From IMG/VR virus record IMGVR_UViG_3300025057_000003, positions 1-64,000 of that record: DNA of 64,000 nt. The stretch is one strand, 5' to 3'. Shown piece by piece: positions 19,141-29,541 of this stretch. A program made the translations under genes and the position numbers. Below the pieces are notes generated by a model. That model saw nothing but the letters and a program-made list of their open reading frames with translations. It did no database searches and was not told where the DNA came from. This stretch comes from a virus. Position 1 is the first letter of the stretch. Each line of letters opens with the position of its first letter.

Positions 19141-19526
19141 TGAAGACAATAAAAAGACAAACTCCAAAAATGGGAGCTCTTATAGCAGAGCTATTACATG
19201 GTGCTACTAAAACTCATATGACTCATTTAAAAACTACAAGTTTTTCTGCTCATATGGCACTTAATGAATTCTATGATGCTTTACCAGATTTAGTTGATGC
19301 AGTGGCTGAACAATATCAAGGAGCAACAGAACAACTTTTACATTATCCTACAGTAGAAGTAGTTCCCATAAGTACTCCTGAAAATGCTGTTGAGTATTTA
19401 AGAAAGTTACATGATGGAATTACCAGAGTGCAAGATACTTGCGAGTATTCAGAAATAATTAATGAGTTGGATGTAATCAAATCTTTAATTGATAGCACAA
19501 AGTATAAATTAATTTTTCTTAAGTAA
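19140..19526 (+). CDS. Ferritin/Dps-like four-helix-bundle protein
   Basis: H..HL.TTSFSAHMALNEFYD.L..LVD.VAEQYQG...INELDVI...DSTKYKL carries metal-ligand His/Glu/Asp residues. Confidence 0.7.
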   Translation: MKTIKRQTPKMGALIAELLHGATKTHMTHLKTTSFSAHMALNEFYDALPDLVDAVAEQYQGATEQLLHYPTVEVVPISTPENAVEYLRKLHDGITRVQDTCEYSEIINELDVIKSLIDSTKYKLIFLK

Positions 19527-19607
19527 TTGTCTAAGTAAAAAAGTTTTATTATATTATATATGTCCAGAGAGGACGAATTTTGTTTCTAATTATTAAAATT
19601 TAAAATT

Positions 19608-21125
19608 ATGGCTTATTTTAATCATGCTTTTACAAAGGCTTGGCTAGCTAAAGGGGCTGCTCCAACCAATGTACCTAACAATACAGCTAATTTGACTGCA
19701 GGTCAATTTGCTCTTGTAGATGGTAGAACATGGCTAGTGGATAGTGCGGCTAATATTGCTGCTGCAAAACATTTAGCTTATCTAGTGGGTGGTAACTATC
19801 ATGCTACTGACAACATTGGTAACAATCCAGGACATGGAGGATACCAAGAATCAATCAAATCAAAAGGTATTAACTTTAACTACATTAGTAGACTTGGTGT
19901 AGCTGAAGTAGTTCCAGCTGCTCAAGCAACTGCTACTCTTGAAGTAGGATCTACATGTGCTCCTTGCGGACAGAACTTATTTGTTCGTGCAGATGTTAAA
20001 GGATCTCCTGCACTACGTTTCTTGAACCACAATGCTTATGCTATTGGAGATAGTTCAGGTGATGCTGCTGCTAACGGAGGACCACTTCCAGGTGTTTGTT
20101 GTGTAGATGGACAAGAATATCTTGATCCAGCTGTAGCTTTAGCTGCTTCTATTCAAATGATCTTGGCTGATCCAATTACTGCTCCATTTATTGCTGAAGG
20201 TGCTGGTACAGCAGGTTCACCTGCTACATTTACTACAGCAGGTACAATGACTGGTGGTGCTGCTACATATACAACTGTAGCCCAAGCTTCTACTTCAGGT
20301 TCAGGTACAGGTGCTACATTTACTGTAGTAATTGATGCTAGTAATGCAGTAACAAGTGTTGTTGTTGATTCTGCAGTAGGTGTAGCTCAAGGATATGAAG
20401 TTGGTGATACTATTGTATTAGCTGGTACTGACTTAGGTGGTGCAAGCCCAGCGAATGACTTGACTTTAACCGTTGTAAGTTTAGAAGCTTATGGAATTGA
20501 AGTAAATACTGCTGGTACTATTACTAATTACTCAATTTCTCAAATCCTTAATGGTACTTATACTCCATCTACTGATCCAGTAACTGATCAAGTTTCTGCT
20601 AAAGTTACTGTAGTTGGTGCATTTGTGGGTACTTCATTTAACGACTGTTCTTTTGATACTAGAGATTTCTATAACAAAGAACCAGTTTCTATTATTCTTT
20701 CTGCGATGGATGAGACAGGAAACCCTTGTAATAACTGTGGTGTTGCTACAGCTACTCCAGGACAAATGGCTCAAACTCAGGGTGAGACTGTATTGAGAGA
20801 CTTATTATTAACTGAGAGATATGCTCAAAATCCATTTAATCAAGGAAACAGAGATTCTTCTAGAATCCGTGAAATTGAAGGATTTGATCCTATCTTAGCT
20901 GCAGTTGATAGAACTAAGCTCTACAGAGTTTATTACTTACAACACAGTGTTCCACGTTTGAACAATCCATCTGGAGTGTTTGACAATGATCAGTACTTAT
21001 ACAGCGTTTACGTTGATGAGGATGATGCTGCTGCAGTTTCAAACTTAGATACACTATGGGCAGCGATTGAAGCAGAGTGTGCAGCTGTAGGTAATTATAC
21101 AGTTGAGGTTGATACTGGACTTTAA
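19608..21125 (+). CDS. Major structural protein (auxiliary capsid or tail) with inserted beta-rich domain
   Basis: Ala/Thr/Gly-rich, with its own promoter-like motif and terminator. Contains the insert GTGATFTV...GYEVGDTIVL.G..LGG.SPANDLTLTV. Confidence 0.7.
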   Translation: MAYFNHAFTKAWLAKGAAPTNVPNNTANLTAGQFALVDGRTWLVDSAANIAAAKHLAYLVGGNYHATDNIGNNPGHGGYQESIKSKGINFNYISRLGVAEVVPAAQATATLEVGSTCAPCGQNLFVRADVKGSPALRFLNHNAYAIGDSSGDAAANGGPLPGVCCVDGQEYLDPAVALAASIQMILADPITAPFIAEGAGTAGSPATFTTAGTMTGGAATYTTVAQASTSGSGTGATFTVVIDASNAVTSVVVDSAVGVAQGYEVGDTIVLAGTDLGGASPANDLTLTVVSLEAYGIEVNTAGTITNYSISQILNGTYTPSTDPVTDQVSAKVTVVGAFVGTSFNDCSFDTRDFYNKEPVSIILSAMDETGNPCNNCGVATATPGQMAQTQGETVLRDLLLTERYAQNPFNQGNRDSSRIREIEGFDPILAAVDRTKLYRVYYLQHSVPRLNNPSGVFDNDQYLYSVYVDEDDAAAVSNLDTLWAAIEAECAAVGNYTVEVDTGL

Positions 21126-21145
21126 TCCTTAATCATAACTAAATT

Positions 21146-21182
21146 GGAAGGTGAGATTTTATGTCTCACCTTTCTTTTTTTT
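21146..21182 (+). terminator. Rho-independent terminator
   Basis: GAAGGTGAGA-loop-TCTCACCTTT followed by a T run. Confidence 0.85.
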
Positions 21183-21232
21183 CTGTAAGTTTTTTTGTAT
21201 ATTATTATTGTACGTATAATAAAATTTGTTCC

Positions 21233-21787
21233 ATGGCTGAAAAGCATATCCTAAGTTTGGAAGTTCCCACTGTTGCAAACTGTGAAATTCTATCTATAAG
21301 AGATACAAGTCAGTATTCTGATATTGTAGCAAAAGATTGTCCAGAACTTCTTATTACAACGCCTGGGTTTAATAAGCCTGCACTAATTGAGGTTACACCC
21401 GGCTTTGATCTAAATCTAGCAGGATGTGATTTGCAAATACAAACTGCAAACTGCGGAGAAGAAAATATAGCACTGCCAGATGGAGTTTATGTTATTAGAT
21501 ATAGCCTATCACCAAATGATAAGGCTTTTGTTGAATATAACCATTTACGTACCACTGCAATTTTAAATCTATACTACGAAGTATTATGTGGATTAAACTT
21601 AGCTGATTGTGAACCATCATCAGATAAGCAAGATCTAATTAAAGAAGTTAATTACTTACGTATTTTAATTGACTCAGCTAAAGCTCAAGTTGAATATTGC
21701 ATTAACCCAAAGAAAGGAATGGAAATGTATGACTATGCTTTAAAGCGTTTGAGAAAGATACTTTGTACTACAACAGCTAACTGTTAA
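21233..21787 (+). CDS. Virion structural protein (tail hub/adaptor-like)
   Basis: Start moved to MAEKHIL (21233) because the longer ORF begins inside the terminator. Contains LPDGVYVIRYS. Confidence 0.7.
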   Translation: MAEKHILSLEVPTVANCEILSIRDTSQYSDIVAKDCPELLITTPGFNKPALIEVTPGFDLNLAGCDLQIQTANCGEENIALPDGVYVIRYSLSPNDKAFVEYNHLRTTAILNLYYEVLCGLNLADCEPSSDKQDLIKEVNYLRILIDSAKAQVEYCINPKKGMEMYDYALKRLRKILCTTTANC

Positions 21788-21798
21788 AACCAATATAT

Positions 21799-21972
21799 AT
21801 GAATTGTGCAAGTTGTAATAAAGGGTTTTCCTGCGGATGTCAAAAGACTAAAGCAAAAGATGGAAAGACCGTACATAAATCATGTCTTAGCAAGTATAAC
21901 GGAACGCTTAATATATCAAGCAATAGTTTAACTAATACGTTAAATACAGCTAAGTCTAATTTAATAAAATAA
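21799..21972 (+). CDS. 57-aa Cys-rich protein (not in ORF track)
   Basis: MNCASCNKGFSCGCQKTKAKDGKTVHKSCLSKY..., with AAAACCAA leader and TAATG coupling to the next gene. Confidence 0.75.
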   Translation: MNCASCNKGFSCGCQKTKAKDGKTVHKSCLSKYNGTLNISSNSLTNTLNTAKSNLIK

Positions 21973-22190
21973 TGTCTGAAGAAAAGATAAAGATAGAAAG
22001 TGAATTTGCAAATGCAGCGTATAAAGACTTTACGGCTGTAAGGTTTGGTTTAACACCATGCTGCTATTATGACTTTCAATCTATTACTATTAAACGTGAA
22101 GCATGCAATTGGGAGGAGTTGAAAAATGAGACTCTTACTAGGACGGAAGGTTTAGTTAGCCAGGCAATTAATTGTGATGATCTAGGATAA
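21972..22190 (+). CDS. Small hypothetical protein (RFGLTPCC)
   Basis: 72 aa, translationally coupled. Confidence 0.7.
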   Translation: MSEEKIKIESEFANAAYKDFTAVRFGLTPCCYYDFQSITIKREACNWEELKNETLTRTEGLVSQAINCDDLG

Positions 22191-22222
22191 AAAAATAAAA
22201 ATTATTATATTATATATATACT

Positions 22223-25200
22223 ATGTTACCGTCAAAAACAAATAATACTTCTCCTTGTACACCAGTTTCATCAAACTGTGTAATATGGCAAGGTCCAGAC
22301 ATAGCATGCATTGATCTATGTAATGGTGATACGGTTAGTGATGTTGTTGCAAAACTAGCCACAAAGCTATGTGAAATTATTGATGCTTCTTGCTCATGTG
22401 ATCCAGATCTTACAGGTTTAGATTTTAAGTGTTTAACAGCACCTACTCCAGAAGATCTAGTTACAACTTTACAATTATTTGTAGATGAGATTTGTGATCT
22501 TAAAACTGGTGAAGCTCAGGTTAAAATATCAGATCTAGCTTTACCAGAATGTCTTTATTATAGAGATTCAAAAGAATCTAATTTAGTCACAGCACTTCCT
22601 TTAGCAGATTGGGCTATATATGTAGGTAATCAATTGTGTAATGTAATATCTTCATTAACAACCATAAATCAAAACTTTAAAAACTTATCTGATAGAGTTG
22701 CTACATTAGAAGCATGTGTTTTACCGTGTACTCCTAACTCAGAAGCTGATTTTACGGTTGTATCTAGCTGTTTATTCAAAGGTAGAGAAGTAAGTATATC
22801 AACTTTAATATTAGCAATTGAACAAGAGCTTTGTAAACAAATTACAGCTGTTGGAAGCAATACTGAAATAAATGGAGCTATATCAGCACAGGGTGTTGGT
22901 TCTTCAGCTAAGAGATTATCTGTAATGGGTACATTAGGTGATATTGATGGTTGGATTGCTAGTCCTAAAAACTTAGCAGAATCTAATACTAACCAATGGA
23001 AACTACTTAATGATTTGTATACAGCTGTTTCTGATATACAAGAAGCTCTTCCAAAAAATTGCGGTGCTGCTGATTTTGTATTTACATATAATACTTTGGA
23101 TACATCAGGCAATGGTGTTCCAGATGCAATAAATTTAAATTTTCAGTCAACTAAAATTCCAGAAGGATTTACAGATTGTAATGGATCAACTACGGTAACC
23201 ATAACAGATTCAAATGGGACAACAGTTACTTCAAATATTAATGTATCTGGATTGATATCATCAAGCAGTGGTGTAAATATTAATATTGAAAAGTTAAATA
23301 GACTTTCTTCATTAAATTTGAGTATTCCATTTTGTGTAACGGATGGTAATTCACAATGCGCAGATAGACAACAAGTAATTATTCCTTTATCTGCACCATG
23401 TCCTTCAGGCGTTGTTGTAAGTGCAGGTGCAAGTTATATACAAGTTACTTTTCCAAATACACTGGGTAATCAAGTATCTTATGAACTAACAGCAACAAGT
23501 CAATCTTCAGGAGGAATTTTAGGAACTACTACACTTAAGAATCCATCAGCAAGTATTGATTATACATTTACAGGAGCTACTCCAGGTGATACATATGATG
23601 TTCAAATTGTAGTAATTTCAGGAGGATCTAGAACTACATGTCCTAAACAAAGTGCAAGTATACCAGGTGTAATTTGTAATGATGTAGAAATAACAACACC
23701 ATCTACAGCTGTTGTAGAATCTGCGGATGTATTTTTAGGATTATATGATAGCGGTGTCACGGTTAATAGATATTGGTATGATGCAGCTGACGGTTTAATT
23801 AAAGAAGAAAACGTTGGTGCAACAGTTCCATGTGACTCTCCAATACTTTCTAGTCCAACTATGGATTATTTAGGTACACCTGGGGACGTTGCAGTTACTG
23901 TAAGTTATGGTACAGAACCTTCTCCTCTTAGTGCTGAAATATCATGGAGTATTAATGATATAACATATAATGGTTTAACTACTGGTGCCGATGGTTTAAG
24001 AACTATAGCAACTGGTCAGACTAATGGGTCCGTTTATATAAAGGTTCAAACAACATGTACAGGACCAATACAAAGTGTTCCTTCTAAACTAAGATATGAC
24101 TTTGCAACAGGAGTATGGACAACACTACAAAGTCCTCAGGAATGTCTTGAGTCATCATTAACTAACGCATGTCCTGCAGGTACAGAAGTTGCAAGACAGT
24201 ACTTAGAATGCGGAACTAAAACTTATACAGTATTTGGAGGATCAGCAGCAAGCTATTGGTTCTATGTAGGAAAACGAGAAGTTCCCAACATAGGAACAAG
24301 ATATCTTTATGCAGGTTGGGATAACGCTACTAACAGTGTTAGATCAGTTGTTGAATGTTGTGCTTGTCCAACATTTATACTATCAGATAAGATTCAAGTA
24401 TTATGTGGTTTGAATGGAGATAGTGTAGATGTTACATTACCATATGTTTTAGGAGCAGGAGAACCAAGTATGAGTGTAATAACTAATCCAGTATTGGGTA
24501 CAGTAAGACAAGGTGCTATTGCAAATCAATTTACATACACTACTGTAAATCCATCAAGAAATACAGATTATGCTGATACATTCCAAGTTCAGTTACAACC
24601 TACAGTTCCAGGAACAGGAAATTGTTCTTTAGATACATTTACAGTACAAGTTCAAACAGTAAACTGTGATGTAAAACTAGAGCATACAAATCAAGATCTA
24701 TATGTATTTGTTAATACTAACGGTATTTCATCGGCCAATGGAGGTTTAATTAAAAATGGATTTTCACAACTTAGAGGTTATTGGGCAGCAGAGTTTGGAT
24801 TTTCAGGTAATACCTATTTTATACCTACAGATTCTAAAAGATGGCTTGGTTATTTTAAAGCTATTGTAGATGATGGAGCAAGCTGGGTTCAGTCTGCTGA
24901 TTTAGCATGGCAAGCCTTAGAAACCTTACCAACATCTTGGTCAGGGGGAGTTGGTGTATTTAAAAATGCAGCAAATGTTATAATATTCTCTAATGACTCA
25001 AGTGGAGATTATCATGATTCTACATTAGCTTCTGGATATGGAAGTGGCTTATCAGCTCAACCAACAGCAAGCTACAAAGAAGATTATGATGCATTAATTG
25101 ATATGTTGAATGGAACACAAACGAGTTTATGGGCTCAAGGCTTAGGTCTTACTCAAAATCAGTTTCCTGATGGGTTATCAACAACATTATATCCACTTGT

Positions 25201-25819
25201 TGTAAATGGTTCCGGAGCTGCAGATGCAGCCAACATATTGCAAATGATTTCAGCTTATACAGCTGAGTTAATACCACCAAGTAAATATGGTATTAAAACT
25301 GCACCGGACGTAACAAGCTATATACTCCAAGGTGTTGCAGCATCTATGCCTTACAAAGGAGCTACAACTCCAACAAATACAATAACTCAGTTATTTAACA
25401 AAACTAACTTTGGAACATTAGCTTATCTTGATCAAGAAGACAGCGCAGCTCAATTTAATGAAATCAAAGATGGTACAGGAGATTTTAGAATAAGATTAAC
25501 AAGAGCATTAAAAGGATGCGCAGATGCTTATCCTTCTACAACTATACCAGCTTTGTCTGTATATGAAGTAGAAGACTGTTCAACAAGTGATGTATATTAT
25601 GTAAGCATAACAGATCAAAGTTGTGGTACAATAGCAAACGGAAGTGTAATTAAATTAAATAATCCAGGAGCTACATTTTCACCAGGTGGAGGTAGAGCAG
25701 ATTGGACAACACTAACTAATAAGTGTGTTACAGTAATTGACAACTGTTCTGCTGTAGCCGTAGAATTAGCAACAGATTTAGATAGCAGATATGATGTATG
25801 TGGATCATGTACACCTTAA
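22223..25819 (+). CDS. Large Cys-rich tail fibre/spike-like protein with FN3/Ig-like domains
   Basis: N-terminal CTPVSSNCVIWQGPDIACIDLCNGDTVSDVV and coiled coil. FN3-like PCPSGVVVS...YTFTGATPGDTYDVQIV. Beta-rich C-terminal half. Confidence 0.7.
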   Translation: MLPSKTNNTSPCTPVSSNCVIWQGPDIACIDLCNGDTVSDVVAKLATKLCEIIDASCSCDPDLTGLDFKCLTAPTPEDLVTTLQLFVDEICDLKTGEAQVKISDLALPECLYYRDSKESNLVTALPLADWAIYVGNQLCNVISSLTTINQNFKNLSDRVATLEACVLPCTPNSEADFTVVSSCLFKGREVSISTLILAIEQELCKQITAVGSNTEINGAISAQGVGSSAKRLSVMGTLGDIDGWIASPKNLAESNTNQWKLLNDLYTAVSDIQEALPKNCGAADFVFTYNTLDTSGNGVPDAINLNFQSTKIPEGFTDCNGSTTVTITDSNGTTVTSNINVSGLISSSSGVNINIEKLNRLSSLNLSIPFCVTDGNSQCADRQQVIIPLSAPCPSGVVVSAGASYIQVTFPNTLGNQVSYELTATSQSSGGILGTTTLKNPSASIDYTFTGATPGDTYDVQIVVISGGSRTTCPKQSASIPGVICNDVEITTPSTAVVESADVFLGLYDSGVTVNRYWYDAADGLIKEENVGATVPCDSPILSSPTMDYLGTPGDVAVTVSYGTEPSPLSAEISWSINDITYNGLTTGADGLRTIATGQTNGSVYIKVQTTCTGPIQSVPSKLRYDFATGVWTTLQSPQECLESSLTNACPAGTEVARQYLECGTKTYTVFGGSAASYWFYVGKREVPNIGTRYLYAGWDNATNSVRSVVECCACPTFILSDKIQVLCGLNGDSVDVTLPYVLGAGEPSMSVITNPVLGTVRQGAIANQFTYTTVNPSRNTDYADTFQVQLQPTVPGTGNCSLDTFTVQVQTVNCDVKLEHTNQDLYVFVNTNGISSANGGLIKNGFSQLRGYWAAEFGFSGNTYFIPTDSKRWLGYFKAIVDDGASWVQSADLAWQALETLPTSWSGGVGVFKNAANVIIFSNDSSGDYHDSTLASGYGSGLSAQPTASYKEDYDALIDMLNGTQTSLWAQGLGLTQNQFPDGLSTTLYPLVVNGSGAADAANILQMISAYTAELIPPSKYGIKTAPDVTSYILQGVAASMPYKGATTPTNTITQLFNKTNFGTLAYLDQEDSAAQFNEIKDGTGDFRIRLTRALKGCADAYPSTTIPALSVYEVEDCSTSDVYYVSITDQSCGTIANGSVIKLNNPGATFSPGGGRADWTTLTNKCVTVIDNCSAVAVELATDLDSRYDVCGSCTP

Positions 25820-25838
25820 TAAATAAAAGAATTAAAAA

Positions 25839-26387
25839 ATGGCATGTAATTGTAATAAATGTAATCCCGCTAAGCCTTGCGGTTGTTCAGATCCAGCAAT
25901 CACTAATCCATGCACATATACAGATTGTAGTGTAGGAAGTGAAAGATGTGTAGATGTACAGTGTGCAGAGTGTGTTAGCTATTGCGGTACTTCGTTTCAA
26001 ATTGGAACTACAGGGCAAATAATTAAAATAGAAACTGGAGAACGGTTAGATTCAATAGTTCAAAAACTAGCTTTAATGATAAGTTCTGGCGTAGGCGCTT
26101 GTACAGCAGATGATGTGCATCATGCACCTTACAATGTATATGCTGCAAATATAACATCTAACTCTGCGGTAATATTATGGAATGGTGAATCAACACTAAC
26201 TACTCAAATAGAAGTATTTGTTGATTCAGGATCTGGATATGTTACTGCGGGTACAGTTAGTCCTACAGTTTTACAATTAGCATTAACAGGATTGGTTACG
26301 GCAACTGACTATAAAGTTAAACTAACATCAACAGATGCTTTAGCTGCTACTTGTGATAGTGTAGAAATATTGTTTACGACATTATAA
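25839..26387 (+). CDS. Cys-rich protein with C-terminal FN3 domain
   Basis: MACNCNKC..PCGC...; APYNVYAANITSNSAVILW...LTGLVTATDYKVKL...FTTL is FN3-like. Confidence 0.75.
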   Translation: MACNCNKCNPAKPCGCSDPAITNPCTYTDCSVGSERCVDVQCAECVSYCGTSFQIGTTGQIIKIETGERLDSIVQKLALMISSGVGACTADDVHHAPYNVYAANITSNSAVILWNGESTLTTQIEVFVDSGSGYVTAGTVSPTVLQLALTGLVTATDYKVKLTSTDALAATCDSVEILFTTL

Positions 26388-26427
26388 CAGAGGTGATAAT
26401 TTGTTGGTTTTTTATTGCCAAAGTTGC

Positions 26428-26456
26428 AAAGCCCGGATAACTCTGGGCTTTTTTTT
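26428..26456 (+). terminator. Rho-independent terminator
   Basis: AAAGCCCGGA-TAAC-TCTGGGCTTT followed by a T run. Confidence 0.85.
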
Positions 26457-26493
26457 GATAATTAATTATATTTATACTTTAAACTAAAATCTA

Positions 26494-27687
26494 ATGACGG
26501 ATCTAGAAAAACAAGTACTAGAGTCATTCAAATGGAAAAAGGATAACTCTTACTGCGCTAAAAGAATTGGGATTACTGTTAGCAAGTATAGTAAAATTAA
26601 AAAACAATTAAAAACAGCAACTAATCCAAAGTATAATTCTAAAGTTGATTTAGATAATGGAAGCGCTACATACTCTATAGATTGTGCGGTAGAACCTAAA
26701 AATTCAGAAGAAATAATAAAACTTCTAAAGATTGATACTAAGAAGTGGAGATTATCTAATTACTGGAATAAACAAATGTATAATGGCTGGAGAATTTCAG
26801 CTTTAGTAACACAGATAAAAGAATCAAATCAACAAACATTAATTAAGAATCTTTTTGATAAGTGGAAACCCAAAAAATATAAACTGCCTGAATTATATAG
26901 ACCAAAAGGTTTTGAGATTGCTCCTGAGAGACAAGATGTGTGTGGTATAATGTCACTTCAAGATATACACTTTGGTAAAGAAGGTAATGAAACTATAGAT
27001 AAAGACTTTGAAGATGCAATTTGTTACTTACTTAATAAATCTATTGTAATGTACAACATTAAAGTTTTATACTTTGTGGTTGGTGGAGATCTAATAAATA
27101 TGGATACTTTTAGTGGAACCACTACAAGTGGAACTCCTTTAGATAATTGTATGACTGCAACAGACGCATATGTGCAAGCTTTTGATGCAATGCATTGGGC
27201 AATTAACTTATTAAAAATGTATTGTGAAGAAGTTGTTGTAGTGTATGTACCTGGTAATCATGACAGGTTATCATCTTTTCATTTAGTTCATGCTTTAGAA
27301 AAATCAATAGATGATGAAAACATCAAATGGGATACAAAGTATGAAGAGAGAAAGGTTCATGTATGGCATAATAACTTTAATGCTTTTGAGCATGGTGATG
27401 CAACCAGCAAAAATACACCTATAATTTATGCTACAGAATTTCCAATAGAATGGGGTACTGCTAAAAATAGAACTTTATTTACCGGACATTTTCATCAAAA
27501 TAGGACAGTAGAGTATATAACTACAACTGAAACAGCAGGCTTTATACATAAGACATTACCAAGTTTATCTAAGACGGATTATTATCACTATCATAAAAAG
27601 TATACAGGAAATAGAAGATCTGGTAAATTAGAACTTCAGCTACCTGATAAAGGAAATATTTGTGAGCTTACTTATTTAGCTGATTAA
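26494..27687 (+). CDS. Calcineurin-like metallophosphoesterase with N-terminal HTH-like region
   Basis: All five MPP motifs are present: DIHFG, GGDL, PGNHD, EHGD and GHFH. Confidence 0.88.
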   Translation: MTDLEKQVLESFKWKKDNSYCAKRIGITVSKYSKIKKQLKTATNPKYNSKVDLDNGSATYSIDCAVEPKNSEEIIKLLKIDTKKWRLSNYWNKQMYNGWRISALVTQIKESNQQTLIKNLFDKWKPKKYKLPELYRPKGFEIAPERQDVCGIMSLQDIHFGKEGNETIDKDFEDAICYLLNKSIVMYNIKVLYFVVGGDLINMDTFSGTTTSGTPLDNCMTATDAYVQAFDAMHWAINLLKMYCEEVVVVYVPGNHDRLSSFHLVHALEKSIDDENIKWDTKYEERKVHVWHNNFNAFEHGDATSKNTPIIYATEFPIEWGTAKNRTLFTGHFHQNRTVEYITTTETAGFIHKTLPSLSKTDYYHYHKKYTGNRRSGKLELQLPDKGNICELTYLAD

Positions 27688-27745
27688 ACTTTAAGGTTTA
27701 ACTTTTATAAGTGCTCTTTTTTTTGTAAATTATAATATAAGAACT

Positions 27746-28312
27746 ATGACTAATTTTTTTAAAAAGCCTGATCTAAGCGCTCCTAGATATAGAGAGAAGA
27801 GATTAAGTCTTTTAAACAAAACATTATTAAATGAATTTAAGGAGAAATATCCTAAGTATCAGAGTATAGATAATGAAAGACTTAAAAAGATAATAAGGCT
27901 TTATAATAAGAATTTATGGCATGGTGTTATTGAGAATAGGGATGGTGTAGAATTGCCAGACTCATTAGGTTACTTGTTTATTGGGAGTTGTTCTCCCGCT
28001 AAATATAACAAGAAGAATATAAACTATGCTGAGTCAAATAAATATGGCAAGGTTCTGCAAAATAATAACTGGGATACTGATGGACACATTGGTAAGATAT
28101 TTTATACTAATGCGTCAACAAGGTATAAATTTAAAAATAGAGAGCTTTGGAAATTTGAAGCTTGCAGAGAGTTTAAAAGATCTGTTGCATCTGAATATCC
28201 AAAGGATTGGACAAAGTATACAGTTATACAAAATAAATATCAGATAGCACATCTGTATCAAGATAAGCTTGATCCAGAATTGCTTGAAGATTATAATGAA
28301 TTTGATATGTAA
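27746..28312 (+). CDS. Basic protein, possibly HU/IHF-like
   Basis: IIRLYNKNLWHGVIENRDGVELPDSLGYLFI fits the IHF helix-strand pattern. Confidence 0.55.
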   Translation: MTNFFKKPDLSAPRYREKRLSLLNKTLLNEFKEKYPKYQSIDNERLKKIIRLYNKNLWHGVIENRDGVELPDSLGYLFIGSCSPAKYNKKNINYAESNKYGKVLQNNNWDTDGHIGKIFYTNASTRYKFKNRELWKFEACREFKRSVASEYPKDWTKYTVIQNKYQIAHLYQDKLDPELLEDYNEFDM

Positions 28313-28314
28313 TT

Positions 28315-28986
28315 ATGGCAACAACAATTGGAGAAGTTATATCAAGAATACGTGGTCAAGTAAAAGCAGAGGTGCAGGATGCCTTTGTAACAGACCGCTA
28401 TGTATATAGCTTAGTTACAAAGTATGCTCAAATGTTTATGCGTAGACAAGATTATGCAAATAAACTAATGAAGTTTAATGCTGTTTGGAAATCTTTGCCA
28501 TACGTAGAACTTATTGAAGTGGACAAGGTAGAAGCTCAATGTACAGGTATTGAAAGTGGTTGTACAATAAAAAGAACCAAAGAAAAGTTGCCTGATATGA
28601 TTGAAGGTTATTGGGGTCCACTAATCAGAACAGTAAGTTCAATTGATGGATCTATTGAAGCTCAAGGAACTCAACCTGGTACTTACACTTCAATTACAAA
28701 AACCACTTCTTTTAAATATAATAAGAAAAAATATTGGTGGTACTTAAATGGTTATTTGTATTTACCAAATGTTGATTGGGATGCAATTAAATTTGAAGGT
28801 GTATTTGATGATAACATTGGAGCATGGCTTTGTGAAGAAGAAGAATGTATTCCAAGGTATGAGCAAGAAATTAATATACCAGATGCATTATTTGCGGAAA
28901 TAGAACAAGCTGTTGTTCAAGCAATGATGCTAACAGTACAAGTACCGGTTGAAGATGGAGATAATAAAGTAAGTGTAAATAGATAA
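28315..28986 (+). CDS. Tail ring/tubular structural protein
   Basis: YWWYLNGYLYLPN...IKFEGVF...IP motif, in tail-module position. Confidence 0.65.
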   Translation: MATTIGEVISRIRGQVKAEVQDAFVTDRYVYSLVTKYAQMFMRRQDYANKLMKFNAVWKSLPYVELIEVDKVEAQCTGIESGCTIKRTKEKLPDMIEGYWGPLIRTVSSIDGSIEAQGTQPGTYTSITKTTSFKYNKKKYWWYLNGYLYLPNVDWDAIKFEGVFDDNIGAWLCEEEECIPRYEQEINIPDALFAEIEQAVVQAMMLTVQVPVEDGDNKVSVNR

Positions 28987-28989
28987 GAT

Positions 28990-29241
28990 ATGGATGCAAT
29001 TTATAATAGCATGGGAGTAAGAGTCCCAGGAATGTTTAAGAAAGGAGGATCTGCACCTAAAGGATATCATTTTATGCCAGATGGTACATTAATGAAAGAT
29101 TCTGATCATAAAAAGAAAGGTGGTAGTACTACTAAAAAAGACTCTTGTTACTATAAAGCAAAAGCTGCTCATAAAGTATTTCCTTCTGCTTATGCGAGTG
29201 GTATGATTGCAAAGTGTAGAAAAAAGAAAGCTGGAAAATAA
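28990..29241 (+). CDS. Small basic protein (GVRVPGM tag + GYHFMPDG module + CYYK..PSAYASG..KCRK module)
   Basis: 83 aa, Lys-rich, modules separated by KKGG. Confidence 0.8.
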   Translation: MDAIYNSMGVRVPGMFKKGGSAPKGYHFMPDGTLMKDSDHKKKGGSTTKKDSCYYKAKAAHKVFPSAYASGMIAKCRKKKAGK

Positions 29242-29540
29242 TGGCAGTTAGAAAAACAGCAAAGGGTGCAGCTCTTAAACGATGGTTTGAGGAGAAATGG
29301 ACAGACCAGCATGGTAGAGAATGCGGTAGTCCTAAAACTAAGGGTATTAAGAAATGCAGACCTAGCAGAAAGGTTTCTAGCGAGACTCCTAAAACTTGGA
29401 GTCAAGTTGATAAAAATAAAGAAGTTGCTAAAAAGAGAAAAGTAGGAATGGGAAATAGAACTTCAAAAGCAAAGCATGGCGGAGAAGCCTGCTTTACAAA
29501 TACGGGAGTTAGAATTCCAGGAATGATTAAAAAGAAATAA
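29241..29540 (+). CDS. Small basic protein (LKRWFEEKW module + C-terminal GVRIPGM tag)
   Basis: 99 aa, Lys/Arg-rich, TAATG-coupled. Confidence 0.8.
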   Translation: MAVRKTAKGAALKRWFEEKWTDQHGRECGSPKTKGIKKCRPSRKVSSETPKTWSQVDKNKEVAKKRKVGMGNRTSKAKHGGEACFTNTGVRIPGMIKKK

Positions 29541-29541
29541 T

